A stretch of 63,766 nucleotides of DNA, the filler included, from Cercozoa sp. M6MM (taxonomy: Eukaryota; Protista; Endomyxa: Ascetosporea), in the NCBI GenBank assembly GCA_040357565.1. It is 10 parts of 10 records of this genome, joined end to end, with 100 filler letters (N's around TTAATTAATTAA, not from the genome) between each part and the next. Parts side by side here need not be neighbours in the genome. Positions count along the whole stretch, not along the records: positions 18,050 to 42,153 come from JBDODJ010000161.1; 9 more parts are not named here. The stretch is one strand, 5' to 3'. The notes beneath the pieces were generated by a model that was not told where the DNA came from, did no database searches, and worked only from the letters and a program-made list of their open reading frames with translations. Every line of letters starts with the position of its first letter. Within the stretch, counting starts at the first letter, position 1. The translations under genes were made by a program, and so were the position numbers. Below are positions 26,901 to 39,696 of the stretch, one piece after another.

Positions 26901-28027
26901 ACATTGTTTTGTGACGTGCTTATGTTGGCATTTGCGTGCTCAGAGTTTGGCAAGATGCGCTTGAGAATCGTCTCGGCACCCACACACAGGGTATTTGTTG
27001 TGTACAGATATATGTATATAAATAAATAAATATAGATGGCTTCATATTCCGTACATTTGCAGGTGGCGGTGACGACTCACTGTGCGTTGAAGCAGCGCTT
27101 CTGTTCGCCAAGCTCGAGCAGGTACACTGCGTTGTTATACATTTGCTGAGTGTGACCTCCCTTGCGTAGAGTGTCGGCGAAATCGACCGAGCACGCGGCA
27201 TCTTCAGCTTTGCCGCACAGGTACCCGACACCTTGAGTTGACCCCTTGTGTCCATTCTTGTCAATGCATGCGATTTAAAGTTGTCGTCGCCTGCCGATCC
27301 GCATATGTGGGAGACCTTCTGGACCAAGTGCGTTATTTCTTTTGTTTTGTATTCTGTTCCTACTGTGTATATGTTGATTTGCTTGTTCTTCTGGACAGGT
27401 TTGAGAACTTTGAGGCCGAATTCGGCAACGAGCACACGTTGCAGGACTTCTACACACTGTACCATACACTCACTTACCAACCTGAAAAGCCAAAGTTAAT
27501 GTTGACATCTGTTGGTCTTGTGTGAAACAGCAAGCGCACTGTCACGGCGCGTACCGCTCATGCGGCAGCGGTGGCTGCGGCACAGCGGGCTGCTGCAATG
27601 AGTGGTACACTCTCATCCTTGGTGTGCGTATATCATTAATGCTGGTTGTGTGTATAGGCTTCACTAAGGCTGGCACCATGGCTCGTCCGTCGGACGTGAA
27701 GGACGAAGCTGCCTTGCCGGCTGGCGTTGAGGAGCAGGTGAGTTTAACTGTATCTCGTTGTTCCTTTCGGCTATATTGTGCCTGATGAGCACAGACGCTG
27801 GGCGAAAAGCGCGCTGCTGAGACGCCGCTGGACGAGCTGTACATTTTTATCTCTTCGCACTACCCTACGAAGATTCCTGCTTTACTGATTTTCCTGTGTG
27901 TAGTGAGGCCGAGTTGGAGCACTTGGCTAAGAAGAGCAAGACTGAAGCTGCATCGGAGGAGGCGGAGGCTGCCGGCGCTGCCAACCCGGACGAAGTCACC
28001 TTTAGCGACGACGACGAAGACGAGTGA
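22481..28027 (+). CDS. SYF1: Pre-mRNA splicing factor SYF1/XAB2 (HAT repeats), ~35 introns, one 100-N gap
   Basis: Spliced PYSLRTWLRY, YERALQFLPRSYKLWMRYL, FERALLHLSKMPRVW, LPITQHARIW, LRLWTLLADLEESFGTLDTTRAVYD, ERGVSLFPFP, GEIDRARGIF and FGNEHT. Confidence 0.93.
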
Positions 28028-28828
28028 GTTTCGTCAAATGCAACACCAGATGCGATCGACTTCGCGTAGTTGTTGTCGAGACGTTCAGGTGATATGGAAC
28101 TCAGTTTTGTTACTGCGGCTCAATGGCCCAATCAGTAAGGGAAAGGAGAGACTAAATAAATCATTCAATTAGGTAAGTCGTCACTCAGTTGAGTCAACGT
28201 TAGAACTGTAGGTGAAATACCCCTACTGGGTCTCGTAGTGATCCACTGGATCTCGACCGAAGGCAGACGTCCTTGGTCGTAACAATGCGTTTATGGAAGA
28301 AAAACTCCGCCTGTGAACACACGACGAAGTGAGTGGAATGGAAACCAGCCAATGAGCTAACTGACCAGGCTGAAGCCGTGACGGAGCTTTCTGCTTCTCT
28401 GCAAGGACTCTGTCCAGGCAAGTCAGTAGTTAGGTCTCAGAGCAAGGTACCAAGCCAAAACACTCTTAAACTCCTTCCTTTCTCAAACTTGTTGAGACAT
28501 AAGTTATGACCTCCACGCGGACGAGTCAGAGCATGATTACTGAAAATGTGCAGTAACAGTTTTACTGCGCTGACTCGAGTCTGTGTTACGGTATTGAAGA
28601 TGACTAAATAAAGTTGTACAACGTCTGTTAGAAGACATACCCTAGCGTAGTAGAAAAGGTCGTCGAAAGCGAAGGCTTGTCGAGGCAATAAAAAGGAACT
28701 GGACTCAGCACCAAGCGCGCGGCCGAGTTTGGCTAGTTCAATCAACTAGGAACGGCGCCTGGTTTCGCTGTAATCAGATCAGTAACTCGCGTCAGCTCGG
28801 CTGGTTCAGACAGTGCAATGCTGCCGAA

Positions 28829-31800
28829 TCAGCGGTACTGCCGCGGCGGGATGTCCACATGAAGTCGTCCCTTTGCACCAGCACGCTGCATCGCAGCCTC
28901 AGCCAGCAATGTCGCCGCGCGTCGCAGCGCTTCCGACTGCTCGTGCAGCTCTGTCACACCAAGTAGACCATTATCATTTCCTCTGTCTGTCTGTCAACGA
29001 ACACAGATTAGTGAATGAGCAGTACGTTGCTGTGTCCGGGCCTTTTCTTGCTTCATCCGAGCACGTAATGTCTCAAGCGCACCGTCCAGCACTGCCATTC
29101 GGTCGGATAACTCACGCTGTGACTCAAGCGTGAGCGCAAACAATTGATGCGACTTTTTGCAAAACTGGAGGACTGCGGTAGTCACTCTTCGGGTTGTGCC
29201 TCCCTTTTGCGCTGCAAAAAGATGTTGAAACGACGAAACAAGAAACGTCGTGAGCCGTACCTTGTTGAGAATTCTTAAGGGCAATCAAGTCGTCAACACT
29301 GCAGCGCTGCCGTTGAACGATCAAACCAAGCGTCTCTTTTCTGTCTACCCAGAGTGTGTGTGCGAACCTCTGTTGATAGATAGGTTGTTCAAAAATACCT
29401 TCAAGAGCAGCGACCCGGTCGGACAAGACTGTTTGCGCAAGCAACAATTGTTCAAACTGTTGCATCGACTTCGTTCCATAGGTTTCCACAACTTGGGCCA
29501 CGTCTGTTTTCAAAACACACATTTGTAAAGTATAAAGTCGTCGAATGCGATCGCACCGTTTCGTGTCTTTTGGTTTTGGATTTCGTTGTTTTGTGTCACA
29601 TGTTCGAGACCTCGTCGCTCTGGCAAGTGATATCAGTTAGAAGAAACCGTAAACAGTAGACAAATATACCAAGGACAGCTCGAGCACGCAAAGCGAGTTT
29701 ATGCAGCAGCTGCACACGGCCCAAACGGCAGGTCAAACGCTCTTGTCGTCGCAACAGTACCGCATGTGACTGCAACATGCGCAACTCGAACTGCTCCATT
29801 GCTGCCCTGACAGCTGCCAAAAAGCACAGGTATAACAGTTATGGCGGTCTACAAACGACGCACAACCCAGTACCGCCTTTGTCGTCGTCGCGTTGTTTGT
29901 TGCCAGAGCGGATTGCTGCTTTTTGTTGCACCAATAACCTTTCAGCGCGACGACGCGCATCTGCATGCATATGCGTAGTTCAACCAAATTCTCAAGTCAA
30001 ACACTGAATTCAATCACCATCAAGCTTGCTTAGACGGACAAGCAAGGCATTTTGCTTCTCCTGCTGCATTTTCAACAGTGCAAAAACGCGCGTCTCGTGC
30101 TGTCGCACCGCGAGTGTCACTTCATTCTGATGCCTTTTCGATTTCAGCCTGAGCTCACACACTTTGCATCTACACTTCAGTAGTTCACAGCTCGGGTAGT
30201 ACAATGACAGTCGCATATCGTCATTTCGTCGTTCAACTGCGTGCAGTGCTTGGTGTCGGCACTTAGCGAGAGATAGGATACGCGTTAGCAGCCTGTGCTG
30301 TCGCAGCTGCACTATTTCGTGAGTTTTAACCACCGCCGATTCGACGGATTTGCACTTTCTCGCGACCCCTACATCACCAGTCTTCTCGAGGCGCAATGAA
30401 CAAGCTAAACACAACGTACGAGAGAGCAAAGACGCGTGACGAGCACTCTGTTTCACCCTGACTGCAGTTTCTGTTCGTTTCACTGCAGAGAATAAGCAAG
30501 TTAGACCAGCAAATACACTATCAAAGGTTGCGTTGGACGATACGGTGATCGAGGCGTTGTTCCACAGAGGTGACACGGCGTAACGCTTGCTCTTGGAAGT
30601 GTTGCATCTGCTGCGACAGCGATCGCATGCCTCTCAAGGCGACTCGCAGTGCGGCGTGTTGCTAAAGACACATTGCAACGTACGCCGGCAGCAACAAAAG
30701 TTGAAAGTGACGTACAGATTGCATCAACAAATGGTCGGAGTGGCGAGACTCCATCGCACTTTCGGCTGTGTGCGCCAAATACGAAGCCGTCTCGGTCGCC
30801 AACTCTTGCTAAACGGAGCAAAAGCACTGAGCTGTCTCATCATTGTCAATGTAGACGCACCCTACCTGAGCTTTCAGTGATTCTTGCAGAGTGGCCAGCT
30901 TTGTCTCCACCTGGAGGCACAAGGTTTGAAACGAAAAAGCACAATGGGACTGAGGTACCTCTTTTCGCTGCGCTCGCTCTTCATCAATGCAGTGCTGCCA
31001 CCTAATTCTCTCATCGGCCAGAACTTCGTCTTTGACTTTCATCTGCATATCGCATAGAATAGCGACACATGCACAACACAAAGAGTAAATTTACCTCGGT
31101 GTCTCGTTTCTGTAACTTGGCCTGCAGCACCTTGACCCGTCGCTGCGCATGTTCCAGTTGCTTTCGCAGCTCTTCTTCCTACTCGAATGCACTCATGAAC
31201 AAGCACGTCTGTCACACTGTGTGACCCAGGTACAATAGTGGATGCCGAATCAGCTGCAGGGGTAGGTGTCTCCGCGGCTGGCGACTCAGTCGACATCGTG
31301 GATACAGCGGAAGGCGGCGGAGTGTCCAAGAACTGCGAGTATTGCGACAAGGACCGCGAAGACGACCTTTTGTGTCTACACACACTCATTGAGACAATTA
31401 CCAAGAAACAGGGACAGGATTACCGTCGAAACGGCGCGAGGAACGAGTCGCGACGCTGTGTGCAATCACACCAATTGAAACAAACAGCGACAGGCACGAT
31501 CCGGTACCCTTCGGCCAGGAGTCGAAGAAGGGGAAGAAACAGAAGCGTCAGGTGAGTTCAAATTATCGTTCGACGCAACCACAGCACGCGCAGTCAAAAT
31601 TAACGTGGCACCGGCGTCGAAACTTCTGTAGGTATATGAGATACACCCAGGTGCGTCACGGAGCGTAGAGTGAACAATCACCCTCGTAGAGGCACAGGTA
31701 TGGTTGTAGTTTTTCGCGGCAGTGAGGCCAAGTCCACGAGGCATTCGCCTTGCAGCTCGTCGCCCTGCAACAGGCAAATGCAGAGTCGCGCAGACCATTA

Positions 31801-32444
31801 TTTTCATAGATTCATACACAGAAACAAAATGAAAAGGTACGAAAAACAGTTCGAATTTCGAGTTCTTGCGTTCAAATAAGAGTTCTTGAGGAATCGGCTC
31901 TGACAACGGCGGCACCAAATTGTCGTTTGCATGAGTGGCGTTTGCAGGCAACGGCGAAGGCTCGCCTACCATTGGAGCACACAACAGCAGCGTGAAACTC
32001 GGAAGAACAAAAAAAAACAGTTCGCACGAGACGACAACTAACCCAAGAACATCGTTGCAGTCAGTTGCATCTCGTTAAATGTGAGTACACAACGGCCCAT
32101 CTCATCGATGCGCATAGTGCCTTCAGCGTCGACACTGTTAAAGAACCTCAAAATCATGCAAATGGCAAACACATTTCTTTCGCTGTAAATGCTGAGGCAC
32201 CTGCGAGGTTGTTTGCTCCATCTTAAACGAATTGGGGTGGCTTCCGAACGTCTGACTGCACAGACCAGGGTACTCGCGTTTAGACTCGAAGTTGCTCTCA
32301 GCGTCCGCGCGGACCTTTTGGGGATCACTGTTTACCTGCTTCTGACGTGCCAGCCAGCGAATACACGACCTCCAAACCAGTTGCATGAAAAACACAGGGA
32401 ACGCCAGAAGTCGAAAAGGCTCTTCGTCGTAACCGCTTCAACAT
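28829..32444 (-). CDS. N-terminal C2 (EEIG1/EHBP1-type NT-C2) domain protein with a long coiled-coil tail
   Basis: Spliced MLKRLRRR...VFHATGLEV...IRLRWSKQPR...LTFNEMQLTATMF...FERKNSKFELFF|GDELQGECLVDLASL...ATLILTARAV follows the NT-C2 pattern. A Ser/Pro linker and heptad-rich exons follow. Confidence 0.6.
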
Positions 32445-32694
32445 CACGGCACCACAGTGCACCACAGCCTACACTTCACCCCGCGATTGCACTGAGGACG
32501 TTTTTAAATCAAAAATAATGGTGGGAAACTGGTTCCAGAAAAGAGAAAAAGGTCTGGCTGTGCCAACACGAAATAGCGCCGCTGCAACGATAGACGTGTG
32601 TCGGGTGCTCCAGAGCCAGTTGTAGGTGTCAAGAGGTGCTGATCGGAGCGCGTCAGTGAGTTATTGTGCGGCGTTTTTCCAGTCGCGTTGGGAA

Positions 32695-35039
32695 ATGTCG
32701 TCAGGTTCCTCGGTGGCTCGCTACCTCGCCGAGCAGCGTGCGCGCAGCAAGACGCCGCTCCGTGTTTCAAACAAGCGCGCTGCGTCGCCTCGGCGCCCTT
32801 CGGGACGTTCGTCTCGCACACCTCGTAACCCGTCAGAAGCAAGTTCGTCTTCGAAGCGTGCTCGTTCGCGCAGTCGCTCGCGTGTGCCGCTTGCCACTCG
32901 CTCAGCCACGTCCAGCGCGCCGCGTCCGTCTTCCACGACTGCAGCTCGGTCGACAACCAGTACGGCCGGTTCAAGTGGGTCAACGCGGAAGGCCTCTCCA
33001 AAACTCGAGCCTCTACCTCCGGTGTCAAGTCGCAAGGTCCCAGTGACGCCTGCTGTGCGAAACTTTGCACGCGACGACTCGATCAATGACTCCGAGTATT
33101 TGCCTGGTAACTAGAACCTTCGTTTGTTCCACTTAGACTGATTTTATGGGAGTAGAAGGCGAAGCGTCGTACGAGCTGTACGATAGCGAACTTGAGACCA
33201 GTCTCGAGTTGTCGACGCCGCCCTCACGTGGTGGACGAACACTCGCGATCGTGGCCTTCCTCGCTGGTGTTGTGAGCACGTTGCTGGTCTCACAGCTTTT
33301 CGCAGGAAGCTTTGCACCTGCATCGCTGGTCTCTCGCGCCCCGGGGGTTGTTGAGACCATTGTCGATGCCGACGAAGTTGTTCCGTCGGTCGAGTCGCAC
33401 GATCGAGAGGAGTTGAGTGGAGTCGACAAAGTTCAGAACTCTGCCTCATCCCTCCAGCAGTGGGTCTATTCGCACGACGTTTCTTTTGCTGGTGCGTTTT
33501 GGTTTTCTTCATTCCTGTATATGTGTATATGCTTGTTCCATTACTGTTGTGTGTGTGTGTTGCAGACGAACTGCTGGCGCGAGTCGAGCAGGTGCAGCAG
33601 GCGGCCCAGGAGTTGCGCACGCTGAGTGCTGCGCGCGAAGGCGAGGTTTCGGCCTTTGAGTGGTCGCAGCTGTCTTCTGAGATCACGTCAGAGATTCCAA
33701 ATGAAGAGGCCCTGGTGCAAGCGTACTTCTCGGGCGCGAATGTTGATCCCAAACTGGTACTTGCTACTGTCTTTGTGTTATGATATATATATATATATCT
33801 ATATGTGTGTATATACATGTATTAATATAAAGTGGTTTGCAGCTGGTGGAGCAGTCGCCGTTGCTGTCGCGCATGGAGCAGTTCTTTGCTGCGTCAGATG
33901 AGTTGCGTCAGAAGTACGAGTCGATGCGGCACGAGTTTGCATCGGTCGCTGCGGTGGCCGCTGCACGCATCCAGGTGTTTGACTTTGCCGCCGATCAGTG
34001 TGCTGGTAGCTTTGCTCTGTGTTTGTGCTGTCTTACTCTTGCTGTTTAACAGTGTACGTGTGTGTGTGTGGTGTGTGTGACTACAGAAGGCACGGAACTG
34101 GAGGTAGCCACCGCTGCTGTGACAGAAGCGTCGCAGCTGCTGCTGAAGCGGCGACAGGAACTCGCCGAACACAGCGCCGAGCAGAACGAGTCGGACGCCG
34201 ATGCCGCTGCTGCCGTGCAGAAGCAGCGCGCCGTCGCAACGCAACTCGAGAGTGCCGTGCAGCAGCACAAGTCGTGTGCGCAGGATGCCGAGCAACTGGT
34301 TGAGACCACTGCGGCTCTCAAGCAAATCAAGGACAACATCACCGAAACGGTACTATTGTAGCCCACATTGGACTCAACTTCTCATATGTTTCGCTGCAGG
34401 AAGCACGTGCCACCGAGGCCGCGAGGAATGCGACGCAGCTGAGCAGCATCGTGGAGGGCCTGTCGCGTCGTGTCACCTTGCTTCGCGACTGGCAGCGCGA
34501 GGAGCGGCGTCTCCGCGAGGACGTGCGTCGCCGCATGCAGCCTCTGCTGGGCGGCGACGACGACGACATCGTTCGCATGCGCTACGAGGACGTGGTCAAG
34601 GTGCTCAACGATGAGGACGACGAGGGCCTGCATCGCCATGTGTCGCTGCCATTCGACACCAGTGCAGACGATGTGTCTGCTGTCGCTGAGGCCATCCCCG
34701 AGGACAGCGATGCCGAGGCCACCGAGGAGGACAAGCACGAGGCTCTGCTGCGCCGTCGCTTGGCTTCCCTGGAGCGCAACCTGGAAGGCGCCAAGGATGC
34801 ACTTCTCCATCAGAAGGCTCTCTCCGAGGTATAGCACCGCTTCTCTGTTGTTACTGGTATCACCATTAAGTCCTGCCTTGCAGAAGCTGTCGCGCGACCT
34901 GCCAAAGCTTCGCCAGGCTGCCAAGAACACTGCCGACTTGCAGTATCTACTCTCTATATTTAAGTATTATATATGCATTATATATATCCTTTGATTGATA
35001 TCTATATATATATATAGACATTGATATATTGATTGATAT

Positions 35040-35079
<40 letters not shown>

Positions 35080-35628
35080 ACATATTGGTTGAATGTATGG
35101 TGGCAGGAGACGACTGCAGGCCCGACTCGAATCGGCGCAGCACGACCTGACGCGCGCACTGTCGCTCGTGCTGCCCACAGGCGAGGTGGACAAGAGCGAG
35201 ACCGACGTCGCCTCACTCTGGCAGCAGGTGCAGCACCTCGCCGAGGAGCAGCGCGCCCAGGCCACGCAGGCCGAAGAAACGCGTCGGAACCACCTCGCCC
35301 ATGTCGAAGAACTGCGCCAGTTGCGCCGACAAGGTACCTCCTTTCTCTGTGTCTATATCTTCTATTGATATCTACATCTATTGACATGTGTATATATATA
35401 TATATCTATATATGACATTGCTGGACAGCTGAAAAGGACGAAGCTGAAGCCGAAGATATGCTGCGCCAGCTGCTTCGGCAAAGTGAGGCGCAGCTGCGCC
35501 GTGTGTTGTCGCTGGCCCGCGCCGTGCGGATTCTCGCCGACGGCGACGAGGCTCGCGACGCCGTGTCACTCGTGCGCGAACTCGGTCGCCTGGCCGACTC
35601 GCTGCCGGATCTGTCGACGCTGGACTAA
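32695..35628 (+). CDS. Single-pass membrane protein: Arg/Ser-rich N-terminus, one TM helix, long coiled coil
   Basis: MSSGSSVARYLAEQRARSKTP...RARSRSRSR, TM segment LAIVAFLAGVVSTLLVSQLF, heptad-rich exons, ending LPDLSTLD*. Confidence 0.65.
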
Positions 35629-35837
35629 TTTCGCTTTTGAGGCGTTTCGTGTTTCTTTCTCGAAAGTTCGCGGAACGTGAAGTGCCGAAACGGAAATCGA
35701 GACTCTTTTTCTGGTCGTGTTCGCTGTTCGTCCCAAAAAAAAGTATGAGGCTGGGGAACTTCGAAAATCCAGCGGATTTTTTGTTACTTGTGTTGCGCTA
35801 CATAGAGACTGCAACACTAAATCGGTCTTGATATATC

Positions 35838-37029
35838 ATGTTAGCCATTGGCGCGCTGCTGCTGGCCGTGCTCGCCATCGCATGGTAGTCTTTTTGTATT
35901 ACTTGTCCACCTGTATCTTACACCTCATTAACTCGATCTGCTGTGTCTATCTAGCATCTGGTTGGTGTGCTTCAAATTGACGACGCGACGGTATTTGGCG
36001 CAAGGTCTGCGGTCGATTGGTGTGGCCACCAAGCGTGTTTGGAGGACAGTGAAGGAGCTGCGAAGAAAGTCGTTTCACGTACGCTTTCCGATCTCTTCCA
36101 GAATTAAGCAGGCGAACTTGGAGTTGAAAACAATAGTTGCTCGGCGTGCTGTTTCCGACGTTGTACTGGTTCGGACTGCAAGCAGGCATTCTGACTCGCG
36201 CCTCCGCCTCGTGTGTTGCGTTTTGTCTAATGCCTTCCCCCCATCTGTTCATGTCCTTGTGCTTTCTTTCTTCGCAGAGTCATTGTTTGCGCAATCGTCT
36301 GCATTAATTTTTTGATTGAAATCTTGCGAAAAGTGTCGCCTCAGTTCGCGCACTTCTACGAAACCAAGTACCACCCGCACTTTTTCCTTTTGTGTTGCAT
36401 TTGACTTATATTGTGCCTAGACTGGCCAAGGGCATCCTGCGTGCCAAGGAGCGAAACCGCGTCACTGGCATGCTGTTCTTCAGTTTGGGCGTCTTTTTAA
36501 GTACGCTTTGTTTTCCAAAAAGCTTCTGATACTTTTGAAAAGTGGTGGGTTTGTTGTAAAATAGGTATCACGTTCTTCCCGGTTCGAATTTCGATCGCGG
36601 CGATTCTGTTCTTGGTGTGCGGCGATCTGGCCGCTGCAATGGTATTGCTGTCCTTTCATTTTCAACCATCAAAAGTGGATGTGTTATCTTTTTGCAGGTG
36701 GGTGTCTCATTTGGTCGAACAAAGATTGTGGGAAAGAAGTCGCTTGAGGGATTCCTCGCCATGTTTGTCGTGTGCTTCGTCATTGCTTTTGTTATCTTCA
36801 AGTACCTCCTCCTTTCCATGTTGAACTGTTGGTATACTGTGTCAATTCTTAACTCTTCTGCAGAGACCAGTATCTGGTGGAGTACGTTGCATTCGTGGGC
36901 GCTCTCTGCGCCTCGCTGGTGGAGCTGCTGGAGCCACTCGGCATCGATGACAACTTCATGATCCCTCTGACGTCATGTCTCGCGCTGTATCTGGTATACC
37001 TCCTGTCTGAGATTCCTATTGAAATCTAG
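35838..37029 (+). CDS. DGK1: CTP-dependent diacylglycerol kinase DGK1-like (cytidylyltransferase/polyprenol kinase family)
   Basis: ELRRKSFH, GDLAAAMVGVSFGRTKIVGKKSLEGFLAMF and IDDNFMIPL, with multiple TM segments. Confidence 0.8.
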
Positions 37030-37143
37030 ACAAATCGGGTGTTGTATTATACGTACAGGCGAGCGTAAGGACAGGCAACGTCGACTATTTCGCCGAGCAT
37101 CGCGGCAACCCGCTTCTGGTGTTCGTCGGTTTCTCCGACTAAC

Positions 37144-37306
37144 CCCCACCGGGACCATTTATAGATAAATTTGACATATTTCTAGTAAAATAGACGTATT
37201 TCTCGAAACAGTGCGGGTCGCTAGGAAAGGTTGCAGCGCAGAGTGTTTCTCAACCAAGTTGTCGGCTGACTCGTCGTCAGCAGACGATCAAATGGTCCCC
37301 ATGGGG
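37144..37306. mobile_element. Candidate 163-bp MITE (17-bp imperfect TIR, 3-bp AAC target-site duplication)
   Basis: Left end CCCCACCGGGACCATTT matches the reverse complement of the right end, CCCCATGGGGACCATTT, at 15/17. AAC flanks both sides (37141-37143, 37307-37309). Confidence 0.45.
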
Positions 37307-37432
37307 AACTTGTGCTGTGCTGGCTACTAACAATCCGGCACACCGCACGTCAACGAACGCCATTTTCCTTTAATTTAATTTATTTCTTAACTGAGGTTCG
37401 GTTCAGCTATCGTATGGAAAGACGAAGGCATG

Positions 37433-39446
37433 TCAATCGATACCGCTCGCATCAACGGCAGCGAGCTGAGCACGAATTTGCTGGCCACGGCGCGCCTTTC
37501 GCAGCACGTCCTGCTGCTGCTGCCGCACGTCCTACACACAGCAGCGTACGTCCGCACATCCCGATAAAGGAAAGAAGCAAGCAAGAAGTACGTCAAAAAT
37601 CGTGACAGGCGGTTTCACCATGCGATAACCACGCATCAAATGGTCCCAGGTCTACGTGCACGACAGGTTGCAACCTCAGTCCGTACAACAAGGCATAAGG
37701 CAGGGTACTAGTGGTGGCACTTCGGCATGCGAGTATCGGTGCTTACGCAGCAACAGCTGGGTGGCAGCTTGCACCATCTATACCAACACACACACACAAA
37801 CAAGTTAAGTACTATCAAAATAATAAACTGAGCAACAAAAACATACCTTGCACAGGTCGCTATGTGAGTAACCCTCAGTGATCTTACCGAGTTCACTAAG
37901 CCACGTGGCGTGTTTTATCTGCAGGACACACCATCACACCAGGCGTTAGACTTAAGAAAAAAACAGCAGACCTGAGCAAGCTCGTCACACGTGATACTTC
38001 GGCCTTCAATCTCAAAGCGCAGTCGCATGTCCTTCTTCATTAACCTGAGTCTGCAGACACATTAAACTATTTGGAATCTCCCCTAAAGGTATCAAAAGTG
38101 TACAGTTCCATTCGGACGACATCGCAGCGGTCCTCAGTCTCTGGCAGATGGAACGCGAACCGTCGACTGAACCGTCTCAGAACTGTCAAAACAAAATACT
38201 CACATACATACTCGCTAAAGCAGAAAGACACAGGCAAACAAAAGCAACGCACAGGCTTCGTCAATGTCCTGCGCTCTGTTGGTTGCGCCGATCACCTGAA
38301 CCACATTGGAATCACTAAATGTCAAAAGAAACAATGCAGGCAACACTACAATGACAGGCTTGCTGGGGTCATTGTGCTCCAACAGACCGTCCCACGACGA
38401 TAGAAACGTCGCTTTCATCGAAGAACCTGCATTGTTTCCACAAGCAATAACTCAATCGCACAGCCAAGAAAAAGAAGAACGAACTGCTCGCCGCAAACTG
38501 CATATCGACGCTCCTTCTGCACACGCAAAGTCTCTGAGTTTAACCTTAAAAAAGAAAGGAAAAAGACACTGTACGACTTCAGAAGTGCGTCGATTTCGTC
38601 AATGAAAATCACCGTAGGTGCCAGTTTACGGGCCAGTGTGAACTACACACACATCCGCGCGGAAGAAGCAAAATGCAAGAAATGATTTTACCATGGCAGA
38701 CACGTTCTTCTCACTGTCGCCGACGAATTTCGATTTGAGTTGCGCGTAGGAAACGTTGAGGAAGGTGGCGTTGCACTCCTTGGCGATACAACGCGCCAGC
38801 ATAGTTTTGCCGGTGCCAGGAGGGCCATAGAAAAGCACTCCTTCCGGTGTCGCCATGCTCTCTGTATGCAGCATCATCCACCTTGACAGGTAGTGGACGA
38901 AACAAGGGGGGGGGGTAAGTTAGGTACGTTACCAGACAAATGCTGCAGTGGCTCGACAACCGTGTCGCGCACAGACAGCAGAAACTCGGGCGAACCCGCC
39001 AGACACGAGAAGTCGACCTGCACCAGAAGATCTAACCAGTCAAGAATTCCTGGAGAAACGCCACCTTGATCTGCGATGGGTACACGAGGGCATCGAAGAA
39101 CTTGGCTTCTGTAGATCCAGTGTGTGCTCACAAGCATACGCAACACACAGAGAGAGTCAACTGTACCATACTCGTCGCAGGAAAAATCATCGTCGACACG
39201 TCGGCCCAGTTTACGCAGTTTCGTCACGAGTTCTTTACGTTGCTTTTCCACTGTCCACAAGGTTCGATTCGTTTACTCAGAGAAACCTAGCAATCTGGCA
39301 CCTTCTCGTCGCGTGGCGGCACCTGTACTGTGGTCCAGCATGCGCCAGGTCAGGTAGCCAAATCCGACGACACCTGCGAGCTGGACCACCAGCTGCGCAC
39401 GGGTGTATCTTGTAAGGTGAGGGCACAAAAAATTTCTCGCTGTCAT
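37433..39446 (-). CDS. ATAD1: Membrane-anchored AAA ATPase ATAD1/Msp1
   Basis: N-terminal TM (QLVVQLAGVVGFGYLTW), Walker A GVLFYGPPGTGKT, Walker B IFIDEIDA, MKATFLSSWDGL and SRH GATNRAQDIDEAVLRR. Confidence 0.88.
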
Positions 39447-39696
39447 TGCGGTCTACAGAGATAGAGTACCCCGGCCCATTCAAACCGATTGGGAGACATT
39501 CTACACGCACTGACACAGTTTAATCTGCCCGCTGCCTGCGCGCAGGATACCGGAAATTCCGAAAATAGCTTATCAACTTTAAGTTGATCGCTGAATAAAA
39601 TTCGTTTTCCTAGCCTCACGCAGGTCGCGGCCGGAATGTGTCTACTGGGTATGAAACTGGGGCGGGCGAGGGCTAAGTAGCAACATGAAACTGGGT

